Shown one piece after another: positions 52,906 through 64,000 of a stretch of 64,000 nt of DNA. The first letter of the stretch is position 1. Each line of letters opens with the position of its first letter. The stretch spans positions 89,716,433 through 89,780,432 of the forward strand of contig JASCQW010000162.1 in assembly GCA_030264375.1 (NCBI GenBank). Reading direction: 5' to 3'. A model generated the notes under the pieces. It worked only from the letters and a program-made list of their open reading frames with translations. It was not told the DNA's origin and did not search any database. Source of the stretch: Carcharhinus longimanus (taxonomy: Eukaryota). The translations under genes and the position numbers were made by a program.

Positions 52906-55464
52906 TTAGTTGGTGCAGAATAATGTTACATCTGGCTGTGACTTGGGTTCAATGAAATTAAGCACACAGTGAAGATTCAATCAACATCTGACATAGTGCT
53001 ATGTTGATTTTGCTACAGCTTTTAAACTTACTTATCTTTATAAATACATAAAAAATACTAAATAGAAGCAAGGACGTTGCAAAACCAAGGGTGGATAGCA
53101 GTCTTTGTTGTCCTTTACAAAAGCCACCTGGTCTTTATTCTATTAATTCCAAATTACCATTTGTGTTTCCTTACAATGTATGTTATATTTTTGTAGAGTT
53201 TTTCTTTCTTGCTGTCTGTAGAAGTTTCATAACCTTATTATCTCTCTGCAAGGCTCCAGAATGATTTTTACCCAACAGCCTGAAAAATATTATCCAGTGA
53301 GGATTACAACCAGGCAAAGCTAAACACAAAAGCAGAATATTAAAGTTGCTAGAACTTTGAAATAAAAATCAGAAGACAGAAGTACTTGGCAGGTCAAGCA
53401 GCACCTGTGGAGAGAGGAGCAGTGGCCCAGATATTTGCTCCTGAGTTGAGTGCGCAGAGACAGGCTAATTTGCTGTATTGTGAGACTGACCTTTAAAAAT
53501 GCCTGCCCACAGTTCTGATTTTCGTCCCAGGGACAGGCAGGATTCAAAGTTGGGCTTGCTGCCTTTAGTTTGGGTGTGGAGGCAGGCTGGGTGGAAGACC
53601 TGTCTCTGAGCTTCAACACTTTGTTGAATCAAATGAAAATAAGATTGAATCAAAAAGTTGCTCCCCCAACCCTCACCCCTCACCACACTATTAAAGCAAA
53701 ATACTGCGGATGATGGAATCTGAAACAAAACAAGAAAATGCTGGAAAATCTCAGCATGCCTGACAGCATCTATAGAGAGAGAATAGAATCAGTGTTTCGG
53801 GTCTGGTTGACCTTTCTCACCCCTCACCTCTCACACACACTCCATGCCCCATCATACTATTATGAAACCCATCTGATGTTACATATGAGAGTGTTCCAAT
53901 CTGAAACACTAGTTTCTCGTGGTGTACTTTTCTTATATTAGCAAGAAACAATAGCGGGAACAGTAAGAACTCAGACCTCTCTTGTTAAACAACAAATAGA
54001 GAATATTTATTAACATAGAATGAAGATAATGAAACGTGACAAAGAGCAATGTTATGCTTTGGCAAATTAACAGTAAGCACTTAATCATTCAAAGTCTAAA
54101 AACCCAAAAGTATCTTTCTCCTGTAATCCTAAACCCTGCTGAGACCTCAATTGCCCAAGCAACAACCATAAACCTATTGGTCAATCTAGCGAGTGACTAC
54201 CATACTTAACCTTAAGTGACTAGGGCTTGGGAATCATTTTCGGTTCAGCAAAGAAAATTATTTTTTGCACAAACTGGCTTTTGCCTTCAGCACTTCATCT
54301 CTAACTGAACTGTTTCTGAGGATGGCTGCCCCTCTCCCCTACTCTTCTGCTGGCTTTAGCTCCTAATCTCTGGCTGAACTGATTCCGAGGGATGGCTGCC
54401 TCACTCTTTCTTGTTGCTACTTCTTCAACACCTCATCTGTGTCTAATTTACTTCCTGGCACACAGCAATCTGACAACTAATTGTATCAGTTGCAAAGAAC
54501 ACCCTGTTCCCTATTCATTCATTTTTCTTCCTTTTGCTTAGTTGCTGCTTAGACATGGTTTACAAAATATATAGCAGTTTGATTTTACTTGTGCAAAAAA
54601 ATCATTTTAATAGCATCCAACCATTTCATGACAGTATTAATCTATGCCACATCATGACTCCACCCACCTCCCCCATGGCACCTCATACCCTCCAAGTTCC
54701 TACATCCCCATGGTCCTTTAAAGCCCATATGTTAATTTAACACCAACAAATGCCAACCAATGCCCCCATCCCACACCCTTTGCCCTTATTTTCTTCATGC
54801 CAAATCTTCTAGTATCCTTCAACAGATTTTCAGCAGGTTGACAGTTCTGTGACAGTGTGCCAGTCTTCTTTTACAGTTCTTTGACAGTTCCAATTAGTTT
54901 ATGCATTTTTACACAATCATGCTTTCTTTTGACAATCCAAATTGTACCTAACTTCTTCTAAGAGGTGCTTTTCCTATTCCAAAAAGTGTTTTATCTACCC
55001 CAAAGAGTCCCTTATCTGTCCACAAAGGGTACATTGCCTCTCTCAAAGTCTTACCCCTGCAAAGGGATGCACTTGTTATCCACACGATTCCACCAAGTTC
55101 ACACAAGCTCTAGCACTGTCCAATATGCACAATCTGAGTTTCACATCCCCTGGCTGACCAAAATCCCACTTCAATAGAGAAGACTGGCGATCTAAATAGC
55201 CAGCTGCTCCATAAACTGTGTATGTGTGTACCCTGACCCAAATCCAGTCTAATCCCCCATAGAAATAGAATGTGCCATGTTTGGGAGTGAGATTTAGAAT
55301 TTCTGGGTTCACCCATGACTACACGACATAGGGAAGATCTGCGCCAGTATTAGTAGTTCAGGTTAATCACCTTTCACTCTATCACGGCTTTATCTTTTGT
55401 TCTCTATGACCACATCCACTCTCATCCCTCTTTGCAGCTTTTGCTGTGTAAACTTGGTGTATTT

Positions 55465-55580
55465 CTAGTTTTTCCAGTTCCAACAAAAAGTCATCAACCT
55501 GAAATGTTACCTCTGTTCCCTGCTCCACAGATGCTGCCTGACCTGCTGAGTATTTCCAGCTTCTCTGTTTTTGTTACAAA
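55465..55580 (+). repeat. Short dispersed repeat, probably a Penelope-associated terminus
   Basis: cacagatgctgcctgacctgctgagtatttccagc; reverse-complement relatives lie near 5200-5325, 53360-53420 and 53695-53815. Confidence 0.55.
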
Positions 55581-56070
55581 TTTAAGTAAAAGTCTGAGTC
55601 TAAAAGCAATTGTCAAACACATATGTATTTAAAATTGATCCCACGAAATGTTTGCATTTGAATCAGCGATACTTGATTGAATACGAAGTGGAGGAAACCA
55701 ACAATCCTGTAGTTTTTGTATCATAAATAGATAAAAATGTGTTTTCTATGTATGAGGCTTTTCATTTGTAATGTACTGTGACAGAGAAAGAAGCAACCGA
55801 TCCTGACAGTACATGTATGATAAAGGTGTTCTGTTTTTTTTTCCTGCATGCTTTGAAATCTCTCCATTTGTGCTGAAATCCAAGCAAGTGAGAAAATACT
55901 TAGTGTGATTGTGTTAGCAGTTTATATGGAAATAACCTAGACATTGCAACGCTACAAGCTCTCAGTTGAGGTCCCTATTCACCAGTGCTTGGCCTGAGGA
56001 GGCATTTTTATCTGGAAGAAACATTTTGGAATCCTGGTACTAAATACTTGTTACTAATGCAGAGCAGAAA

Positions 56071-56150
56071 ACAATATGATAAAATGCCTTTATCATTTTA
56101 ACAATATGATAAAATGCCTTTATCATTTTAACAATATGACAAAATGCCTT
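56071..56150. repeat. 30-bp tandem repeat, about 2.7 copies, with an internal inverted repeat
   Basis: Unit acaatatgataaaatgcctttatcatttta, containing ATGATAAA-atgcc-TTTATCAT. Confidence 0.9.
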
Positions 56151-56468
56151 GGATGTAGTAATAAACCAAAGTCACAACTTGGAGAACAAAATATGTGGGC
56201 ACCAAAGTAAAGGTTAAGCCTAATTTGTATCTGTAGGAACCAGGAAGCTCCATTTCAAACAATTAATAGTTAGTTCTGTTCTCAGTTTTTGAATTACATT
56301 ACAAAATTAACACTATTTTGTATGTGTATTTGTAGTTTTACACAATAGAAGAGTATTGTGTAATGTAAATTGTTCAAATCATACCATTGTTCCCTTTGTG
56401 TTCTTTCCCAGTACCCTTTGACAGTTCTGTAAATTCTCATGTGTCTGTTTCTGTGCTTTATTTTTCAG

Positions 56469-56540
56469 GATTCTCTTCCACTTTCTCTATTCCAACTTCT
56501 TCCCTTACCCTAGTTGCCAATGATTCTCTGTCTTCTATAG
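56469..56540 (+). CDS. Candidate alternative CHL1 exon, Ser/Thr-rich linker (72 nt; 129 nt from an in-frame upstream acceptor at 56412)
   Basis: tttttcag|...ATAG|gtattt, phase 1-1, open frame GFSSTFSIPTSSLTLVANDSLSSI. No homology or transcript evidence is available. Confidence 0.4.
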
Positions 56541-58220
56541 GTATTTCATATTCAGTTGTATAATAACCTATGTTTTAGCAACATGAATTCAAAGTGGTGT
56601 ATCATAGGAAGCTGAAGTTGTGAAGCTTTTATCCCAGTAGACAACGGATTAGCATATTGAGATTTCTAAAGTTCTCCCTGCTGTGTCTACATCTGTTTCC
56701 ACAGTTGAAGTTTGCCATCAGGGACACAGTAAAGGAATACTACCTGCAATTATGTTGTGTGCCTTTACAAACTAGGACATACAAAATACACAGTCAAATG
56801 ACATATCAATGGACATTCTTTTTACCAGAAGAAAATTACCTGATTCGAAACTAAAAATTTGCCATTTTCAGCACTTTTCAAATGTACTTGCTTTGTGTCA
56901 TTTATCACAAAACTACATGTAGATTGTACTCATCTGACAGGAGATTGTATTCAATGAGCCATCGTGATATTTTCCATCTTTGAAAGTGGCTTTTACACCA
57001 GTCAAAACAAACTATTTTATATGCAGAAAAATGTAAAATAATCATTCTGACTCTCAAAAAACGGGGACTGAAGATGCTAGCACATAAGTTCAATTTTGCT
57101 CCAGGCATTGATAGGTTCTAGCAGTCGATTATATGTAAAAGCTTACTGTAACTGATTCACACTTAGCTAGAAGCCATAAGTTGGAGGTCTGTTACATTTG
57201 GAAGAACCTGAGTTAATTCCTTGGAACCTGTGACAAATATAAGTACGTATAAGAGTATGCAATTGGAACAGAAAATGAACAATTTATCAACATTCTGCGC
57301 TTGAGTTTAATATTGAGTCATTTTAAGATGACCTTGAATTGTATTGAAGGCTGAGATACCAGAAAACAATATGCTTGGCCTTTTTGTCATGAGGTGTTGC
57401 TTAGACTAAACAACTGCTTAAATTGCATTTCTATCAGTTATCATTTCCTTGTGCTCATGGAATTCTTGCTCTCAGCAGCATCTAACAGCAGTTCTGCAAA
57501 GCCCAAAGTGAGAAACTTGGTAATATTGAATATTATTCCAGTAACAGTGTTATAATACTGATGGATAAAAACTTTGTATGTTTCTACAATTGTGCCTGTG
57601 CAGATTTGGCTTTTTATTCAATTACTATCCCATTATCTTTTCCCAATTTGTCTTGATCTGTATCCTCGGGGCTTAGCTAAATCTTTTCTTAACCGACAAA
57701 CTAATAAGATTGAAGTGACAGTGTTTCCTCTTGCAGAGCCTACTGTATTCTGCTGCCTTACTGCAGATTGGAACATGATAGAATTAGCTGCTCTGCCACT
57801 TCAACATTCCCAAAGAAAATATTTGAATTGGATCTTGTATCAATTAGCTATTTACTAACATTCATTCCTCAGTCCTCTTATCAGTCTCTCTGTAGGACAA
57901 AATTAAAAATTAATTTGCAAAAATGAAACATTTATCATTTTCAACTCATCTTGATTTCTTGTTCCACCCTGCAGTATGATAGGGTTTGAAATTAATAAAC
58001 ATGCCATTACAAGCATGCACTTACTGCTGATTGTGCAAACCAGAATTTAATCAGTAGCCAACAGTCAGCCTGGCATTTGTTTAACTGGATCTTTAATTAC
58101 AAACCCTGCAATGTGCATGCCGTTGGGAAATTTGTAATCTAACTCTCCTTTTTCCTTACCTATATCTGCAAATAATGATGCTGCATTAATGCGATATTGC
58201 TTGTCTTGTTACTTATTCAG

Positions 58221-58337
58221 TAGTTCCAGTCTTGCTGAACGTCAGTTCTTCTGTAAGTGCAACATATGCAAACATCAGCTGGATTCCAGGAATGGGACAT
58301 GCAGCTTCTGAATTTTATGTTGCATACATGAATAACC
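58221..58337 (+). CDS. CHL1: CHL1 exon, N-terminal half of FNIII repeat 5 (117 nt, phase 1-1; CAGTAG tandem acceptor)
   Basis: Acceptor cttattcag| and donor C|gtaagc. Encodes VVPVLLNVSSSVSATYANISWIPGMGHAASEFYVAYMNN, with FNIII strand-B (ISW) and strand-C (FYVAY) signatures. Phase is compatible with both neighbouring exons. Confidence 0.85.
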
Positions 58338-58685
58338 GTAAGCTGTTCTCGCTCTCTAATTCTTGCAGAAATTGTAATGAAATCCCCAATGGGCCTGTTA
58401 ACGCACCTATTCCACTAGCTCCACTAACTATGATTAATGAAGCAGATCAATGCAGTTTATTTCTTTATAACTCAGTCGCAAATTAGCACCAGCCATAGGC
58501 AACTTTTGTTATAAACACCAAATTATATTATCATTGTATAATTTGTATTGTTATATAGTTTCCATTGACATTTTAAGAAATAAAAAGTCTAATGATGAAT
58601 GTGACCCTAATTGTGCTTGAGTTGTTTTGGGATTCAAATCTGAACCAATGTGTTGGAGTTAATTTTCTTAATGCAATTTTCATAG

Positions 58686-58847
58686 GTAAAGGTAAATGGA
58701 AGATTTCAGACGCAGTAAATGTTTCACAAAATTTCCACATCTTAGAAGGGCTAGAACCTGGATCTGAATATACAATCCGTCTTATGGCTAAGAACTGGTT
58801 TGATAACACTAGCATTTTTGAAGATGTTATAGAAACAAGGGGAAAAG
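58686..58847 (+). CDS. CHL1: CHL1 exon, C-terminal half of FNIII repeat 5 (162 nt, phase 1-1)
   Basis: Acceptor ttttcatag| and donor G|gtgagg. Encodes (R)KGKWKISDAVNVSQNFHILEGLEPGSEYTIRLMAKNWFDNTSIFEDVIETRGK, matching recalled human CHL1 ...FEPGAEHIVRLMTKNWGDNDSIFQDVIETRGR. Confidence 0.93.
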
Positions 58848-60253
58848 GTGAGGCGTGGTCCCATTTAAAATCTAGTGCACACAGTTTGCTTACATTAAAA
58901 GTCAAATTACTGAAAAAAAAACAAAACAGTGGCGGAGCGAGTGGGAGGGGGTGGATCATCCCTCCCGCACCTTGCCTGTTCAACCACCAAATTATTCTGA
59001 GATCAATCACCATTTCATTGGAGCACACTCTCCAATTCAGTCAGAGGCACCTCTGTCTCTGCTTCTAACCCTCAGGTTCGGCCACCAAGTCAGTGCAGTT
59101 CCTGACCCAGCCTTTATACTAGGTTTGGGAAAGTTTTCCAGTTACCTTCTTGGATTCTCATCCTCCAATTTGGCCAGATTTCAAGTTCAACAACCCAGCC
59201 TACTCACCTCCTCCACCTGCCCTTCCCCTTTCCCAACCCCTCATCTTCCCCCCACCACCTACATGGTGGCCAAACCATGCTCCGCCACTGAAATAAACGT
59301 TATTTGTTCAGAAGTATTGTTGATATGGAAAAGTATTTTCCTAAGATTATAAGAATAAAAACATGTTTCAGAATAAGTCCCAGAAAAACAAATCCAGATA
59401 GTATAATCTATAGGAATTATTATGTTGAGACAATGTGCACCTAATGTTCAGTTCCTTGGGATTCTTTACACAGTAGTGATTAGTTGCTATCTTGACCGTT
59501 CAACTTATTTTTCCTTAATTCATCAATATTGTTTGTGCATGGGCTACTGATGCTTTTGCTATTGCTTAACTGGCTCTTGTTACCATGCTTTATAATTTAC
59601 TCATGACTGGTATATCAAGCCAAAATCATACATGATGAGATAACAGTGAATGAATCAACCTAATCAGTATCCATGCACACACTGGTAATTTCAGGTTCTT
59701 TTTGAATTTCAAAGCTATTCTCAATTCCCTGAATAATTTTATGTATTTGTTCAGCAGATGTCAAAAACAATTTGCTTAAATTTTAATCTAATAGAGAAGA
59801 AATGGTTATTACCCACAGTGTTCCTCATAATTGTGTTTTCAGGATATAACTATGACAGATTCCTTTGTTCAGTTCATCTGTGGCTTCATAGATAGCTGAA
59901 ATGGAGTTTATGAGGCAGGGTCACATCCAGGAGTTGATTGGCATAAAACTACTGATACAAAAACAGTATCCTGAGAATTTTGTGAAATAGTACAGGAGAC
60001 AATAGTTAAGAATAACATAAAACATTTCACAATCCCTGAGGTATTTTTCTATAACATAGACAGGTATGTGCTTTTTATAGGAAATCCAAAATTGTACAAG
60101 GCTTTTTTTTTTAGTTTTGGCACCTTTTAACTTGGTCATTTCATGCATCCATTGTGCCAAGTGCTGTTAATGAGAAGTGTTCTTTCAGACAAACCCGAGT
60201 TCAATGGTATAACATTACACAACTAAAACAAATAAGGTTTTTTTTTCTTGCAG

Positions 60254-60264
60254 CTCTTTACCAG
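60254..60264 (+). other. Candidate 11-nt microexon or AG|GT splice element upstream of the TM exon
   Basis: actaa branch-like motif near 60222, T-run, then cttgcag|CTCTTTACCAG|gtgaga. Confidence 0.4.
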
Positions 60265-60509
60265 GTGAGATGTGTCTTGCATTTGATGGAAAATAAATAA
60301 TCCATTTCTAACAAACAAGTTTAAATATGTAAAATGCTAGTAATTATTGATACTTAGATAATGTGTGTGAGTAAAAGTGATGTATGATATATCAATTGTG
60401 TAACCTTGTCACAATTTGCTTTATACTGTATCTTTCTGATGGTGAAAATGATTACTTAATTTTACTAACTGTTGCTCTTTTTAATTATTAATTATGTGGC
60501 CTACAACAG

Positions 60510-60641
60510 CTTATGCAGGAATTCATGCAGGAATATCGACGCAAGGATGGTTTATTGGCCTGATGTGTGCTGTTGCTCTCCTTACCTTGATTTTACTAAT
60601 TGCTTGCTTCATAAAGAGAAACAAAGGAGGAAAATACTCTG
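60510..60641 (+). CDS. CHL1: CHL1 transmembrane and juxtamembrane exon (132 nt, phase 1-1)
   Basis: Not in the ORF track. Branch point TACTAAC at 60463-60469, acceptor caacag|, donor G|gtaaat. Encodes [44 protein letters not shown], the L1-family TM helix plus the KGGKY ERM-binding motif. Confidence 0.95.
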
Positions 60642-61719
60642 GTAAATACTTCTGTTTCATTTATTGAGTGTATGAGAAATTATATGACAACTGATTATAA
60701 ATGCATATTGAAATAAATAATGTTAGTTCTGATTGAATGAATGTAAGCACAGTAGGAAAGAAAATCATTTGTTCCTGATGGTCAAACTAGTATTTAAAGT
60801 GTATGTCAGTGCAGAAGTCCTGTATCGATGTTTCCAATATAAATTGCTATGTCCTCATTTAGAGTGGAAACTGCAAATTTGTCTGTGTGACAGAGATATT
60901 CCTCTATAACAACTAACTCTGCAGCTTTGTATCTGAAATTTCCAGAAATCTTTCAAAGGATTTCATAAATATAAGGACGGTATGAATGCAAATTGTTTCT
61001 TTACCCTCATCCTCGTCTCTTTTGACCTAAAGAAAACACTTAATCTAGATCCCAATGTAAAATATCAGAGGAGTCAGGGTAGCATTGCCAAAAAGTCAAG
61101 TGCATGCATTTCACTTCCTGCCCTATGAGTTGATTTATGGGTAAACTTTTATACAAATCGTTTTTCTATTCTTTCATGGGTTATGAGTGTCACTGGCAAC
61201 ATTTGTTATCTATCCCTAATTGGTGGAGGTCAGTGAACATTTAACATTCAGATTGTCGATGTTAATTTTAGAATTGAAATACCGCATGTAAAAAGTTGTT
61301 TTTCATGCTTTAGACTCTGTAGGTGTCATTATGGGGTGAGTTTCTGAAGTGTCTCTCCAAACTAAGTCAACACGATAGGTTCAGGAAAATCTATGATGAT
61401 CAAGCAATCATAGGTAGAATCACTTCCCCAATTCTCTTTGAAATTATAATCCAAATGCAGAAATCATAAATTAAATTACTTTACTTGGTTTTGCAACCAT
61501 CCAGAGTTTACTAACAGGTTATTTCAAGTTCAATTTCAGACCCATCTTTTATTCAATAGACTGTATAATCAGCATGGTATTTAATGGGAAAAACCATCTA
61601 TCTGATTTTTTCCATAGGATAAATAACAATAAATGTAAGTATTAGTTATGTTTTGGGGTGCTTATTAACAGAACATAACAGCAGGAAATGTTTTATGTTG
61701 ATCATGGTTCAATGATGAA

Positions 61720-62030
61720 CAGGTTTGGTAGCACCTTCTAAATCCATGATTGCTATTATCTAAAAAGACAAGGGCAGACGCTGCATAGGAGCACCACCTG
61801 GAAGATACCCTCCAAGTCACTCACCACTCTGATAGGGAAATACATCATTATTCCTTCACTGTGTCAAAGTTCTGGAACTCACTCCGTTACAGCACTATGG
61901 GTACCTGCACCTCAAGGACTGCAGCGATTCAAGAAAACAGCTCACCATCGCCTTTGCAAGGACAATTAGGGATGGGTAACAAATGGTGGCCAAACCAGTG
62001 ATGCCCAGATTCCATGTATGAATAAAAAAA
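61720..62030 (+). mobile_element. CR1-like LINE 3' tail, same family as 16200-16530
   Basis: ctggaactc...cagcactatgggta...ggactgcagcgattcaaga...gctcaccatc shared with the 16380-16500 copy. Confidence 0.7.
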
Positions 62031-64000
62031 AGTTCATTAACTTGCATTCTTAATTCAGCTTAAAAATAAGAAAGGCCTCAAATACTCTTAACTCTGGAAA
62101 ATGTGAATTGTTATCTCAATAGATAGTTTTCTTTCTATAGAAGCTGTTGAATCTGGCTTGCTGTTAAATCTTAATTGAAAATAATTTTGTTAGAAAAGTA
62201 CTGAAAAATAATATTTCCGGCTTCTCCCCTTGTATTCCACAGTCAAGTCTAATTTCTTATTACCAGCCAACTTATTTATATTCCATGCACCAAAACAACT
62301 CTCAGCCCAATATCCTGATGTGGATTCTTTATTCATCTTGTCTCAAATGCACAGCTTTCTGAAACCAGTCCAACTCTCATCTGCTCCAGTCTGCTAATTA
62401 GATTCCTTTCATTATGGAGACCAAAGACACATTTGATACTTTTCCAAACCCAAATAATAAACGTAGATTGTGAAGGAGATTAGTATCAATATTATGAATT
62501 AGCACAGAATCTAAAATCTCTGAACTGGTTCAAACTGGCTAAAATAAGTGTGCACATGGGGATATATATACAGTAAATAATAGGAGTTGGTTGCATCAGA
62601 GTTTAGTATCCAAATATAGGAATAGCCAAATAGTTAGGGACTCTTGCCAGTATAGCCAGAGTTCTTATCCTTATGATGTTCTATTCTGAATCCTCATCTC
62701 CAATCCATTATATTGATAAATCTAGAATAGCTTTTCTTCCGAAAATTGATTACTCTTTCTGGTTAAAATTATTCAGCTTTTCAGGCCAGTGGCTTATTTA
62801 AACTCTAATTCTTCAGATGATGAATCCAAGTATCTCAGAGTACCTCAGTTGTAAAGTTTTAACTTAAATTAAAACTGAAGAGTAATGGGATCTTCAGTGT
62901 CTGGGATTAAAATACCGGCATGTGACCCAGTTGTACAGTATTTGAAATAATACCAAAAATAATTCTACTTAGCAATTTAAAAAGCTTTTTTTAAATTGAT
63001 ATTTTCACTTTGCTTTCACTTAACTGCTTACTCCTATTCAGGGTTGCGGGGAATCAGAACCGATTCCTGTAGACATTGAGTGTTAGGCAGGATTCAACTG
63101 GGACAGGATGCCAGTCCATTGCAGGGCACACACTCACACTATGGGCTGAATGGCCTCTTTCTGCACTGCAGGGATTCTATGATGAGGATCCCTCGGTGCA
63201 GGCATTTTTCCTCTCTCCCCCTGGCCTTCCTTCAGGTTCTATTCCCATCGGGAGATTTATAAATCTCAGTTTCTCCTTTCCTGCTCTTTTCAGCCATCTG
63301 GATTTGTCCAACTGAAGATCTTTGCTTTCCATTTCCAGTTCCTCCTTTCTAAATCTGAAACAGTTTTCTTCGAGCTGCATCTTTTTTTAGTTCAAAACTC
63401 CTGCCCGTTCTCTTTTTCCGGTTTCCCTTGAGCTCAAGTTTTACTTCTCTTGCTCCTGAAGGCTAATCACTCCCCATTTTAAGTTCTAATTATATATCTG
63501 ACCAAATCTCTTTACTCACTGGACACACATTGGGTTTGGTACTTTGACTGCCCCTCACTGACTAGCACCAGCTCAACAACTCTGTGTCACAGAGTCTATT
63601 CGCTGAGATTATTCTCCCAAAAATCAGATGGGTGTCCCTCTTTTCCAGCTTTAATCAAACAGGGTACTCACAGGTAGGCCGTGCCATTCAATCAATTCCA
63701 TCTCATCACCAATACGTTACATTATTTTGTGAGTCTAGCCTCTGGAATTGTCAAGAGAGTCTTCAGGCTTTGATAGGAACAAGTTGGTATTTATTGATAA
63801 CCAGAATTAGGAGGTTTTGCCATGTGAGGCTGGCCTGCTGCAGAGCTCCAGTCTTCACATTCTTACCACATGGCTCCCAAAGTATACTGCCTTAGAGAGG
63901 ACTCCAGCCTCTAGGGTGATCACTCACCCTCAGGAACCATTGGTCGCTCAAGTCAGATGACCCTCTTCTGCTGTCCTGTCTTAAAGACAGTAAAAAGTCT

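Noticed and set aside
56705-56728. 24-nt phase 1-1 candidate microexon (VEVCHQGH)
   Set aside because: Weak donor (CA|gtaaag), a free Cys and no family precedent.
57476-57900. Several AG acceptors and a TACTAAC upstream of the FNIII-5 exon
   Set aside because: None gives a frame-preserving, stop-free exon with a credible donor.
60642-64000. CHL1 cytoplasmic-tail exons (VKEKED…, FIGAY)
   Set aside because: Not found; they presumably lie beyond the window. The preceding FNIII-4 exon was likewise not found in 1-26661.

Overview
Vertebrate genomic DNA from a draft assembly with many N gaps. The repeat content (HE1-type SINEs, CR1, Deu-SINE, Penelope, Harbinger, Tx1) indicates a shark; the species cannot be determined. 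The + strand carries four clear coding exons of an L1-family cell adhesion gene best matching CHL1: second half of FNIII-4 (26662-26841), two exons forming FNIII-5 (58221-58337, 58686-58847) and the transmembrane exon (60510-60641). The rest is long, repeat-rich intron. Main observations: (1) two intact, spliceable minus-strand exons of a DEPDC4/DEPDC7-family gene nested antisense in a CHL1 intron (19940-19745, 18921-18695); (2) an exon restoring a complete fifth FNIII domain, where mammalian CHL1 has only half; (3) candidate alternative exons, a Ser/Thr-rich stalk exon at 56412/56469-56540 and an 11-nt frameshifting microexon or AG|GT site at 60254-60264; (4) minimal hammerhead-ribozyme motifs in Penelope remnants. 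Homology calls come from remembered protein sequences, not database searches, and repeat boundaries are approximate.
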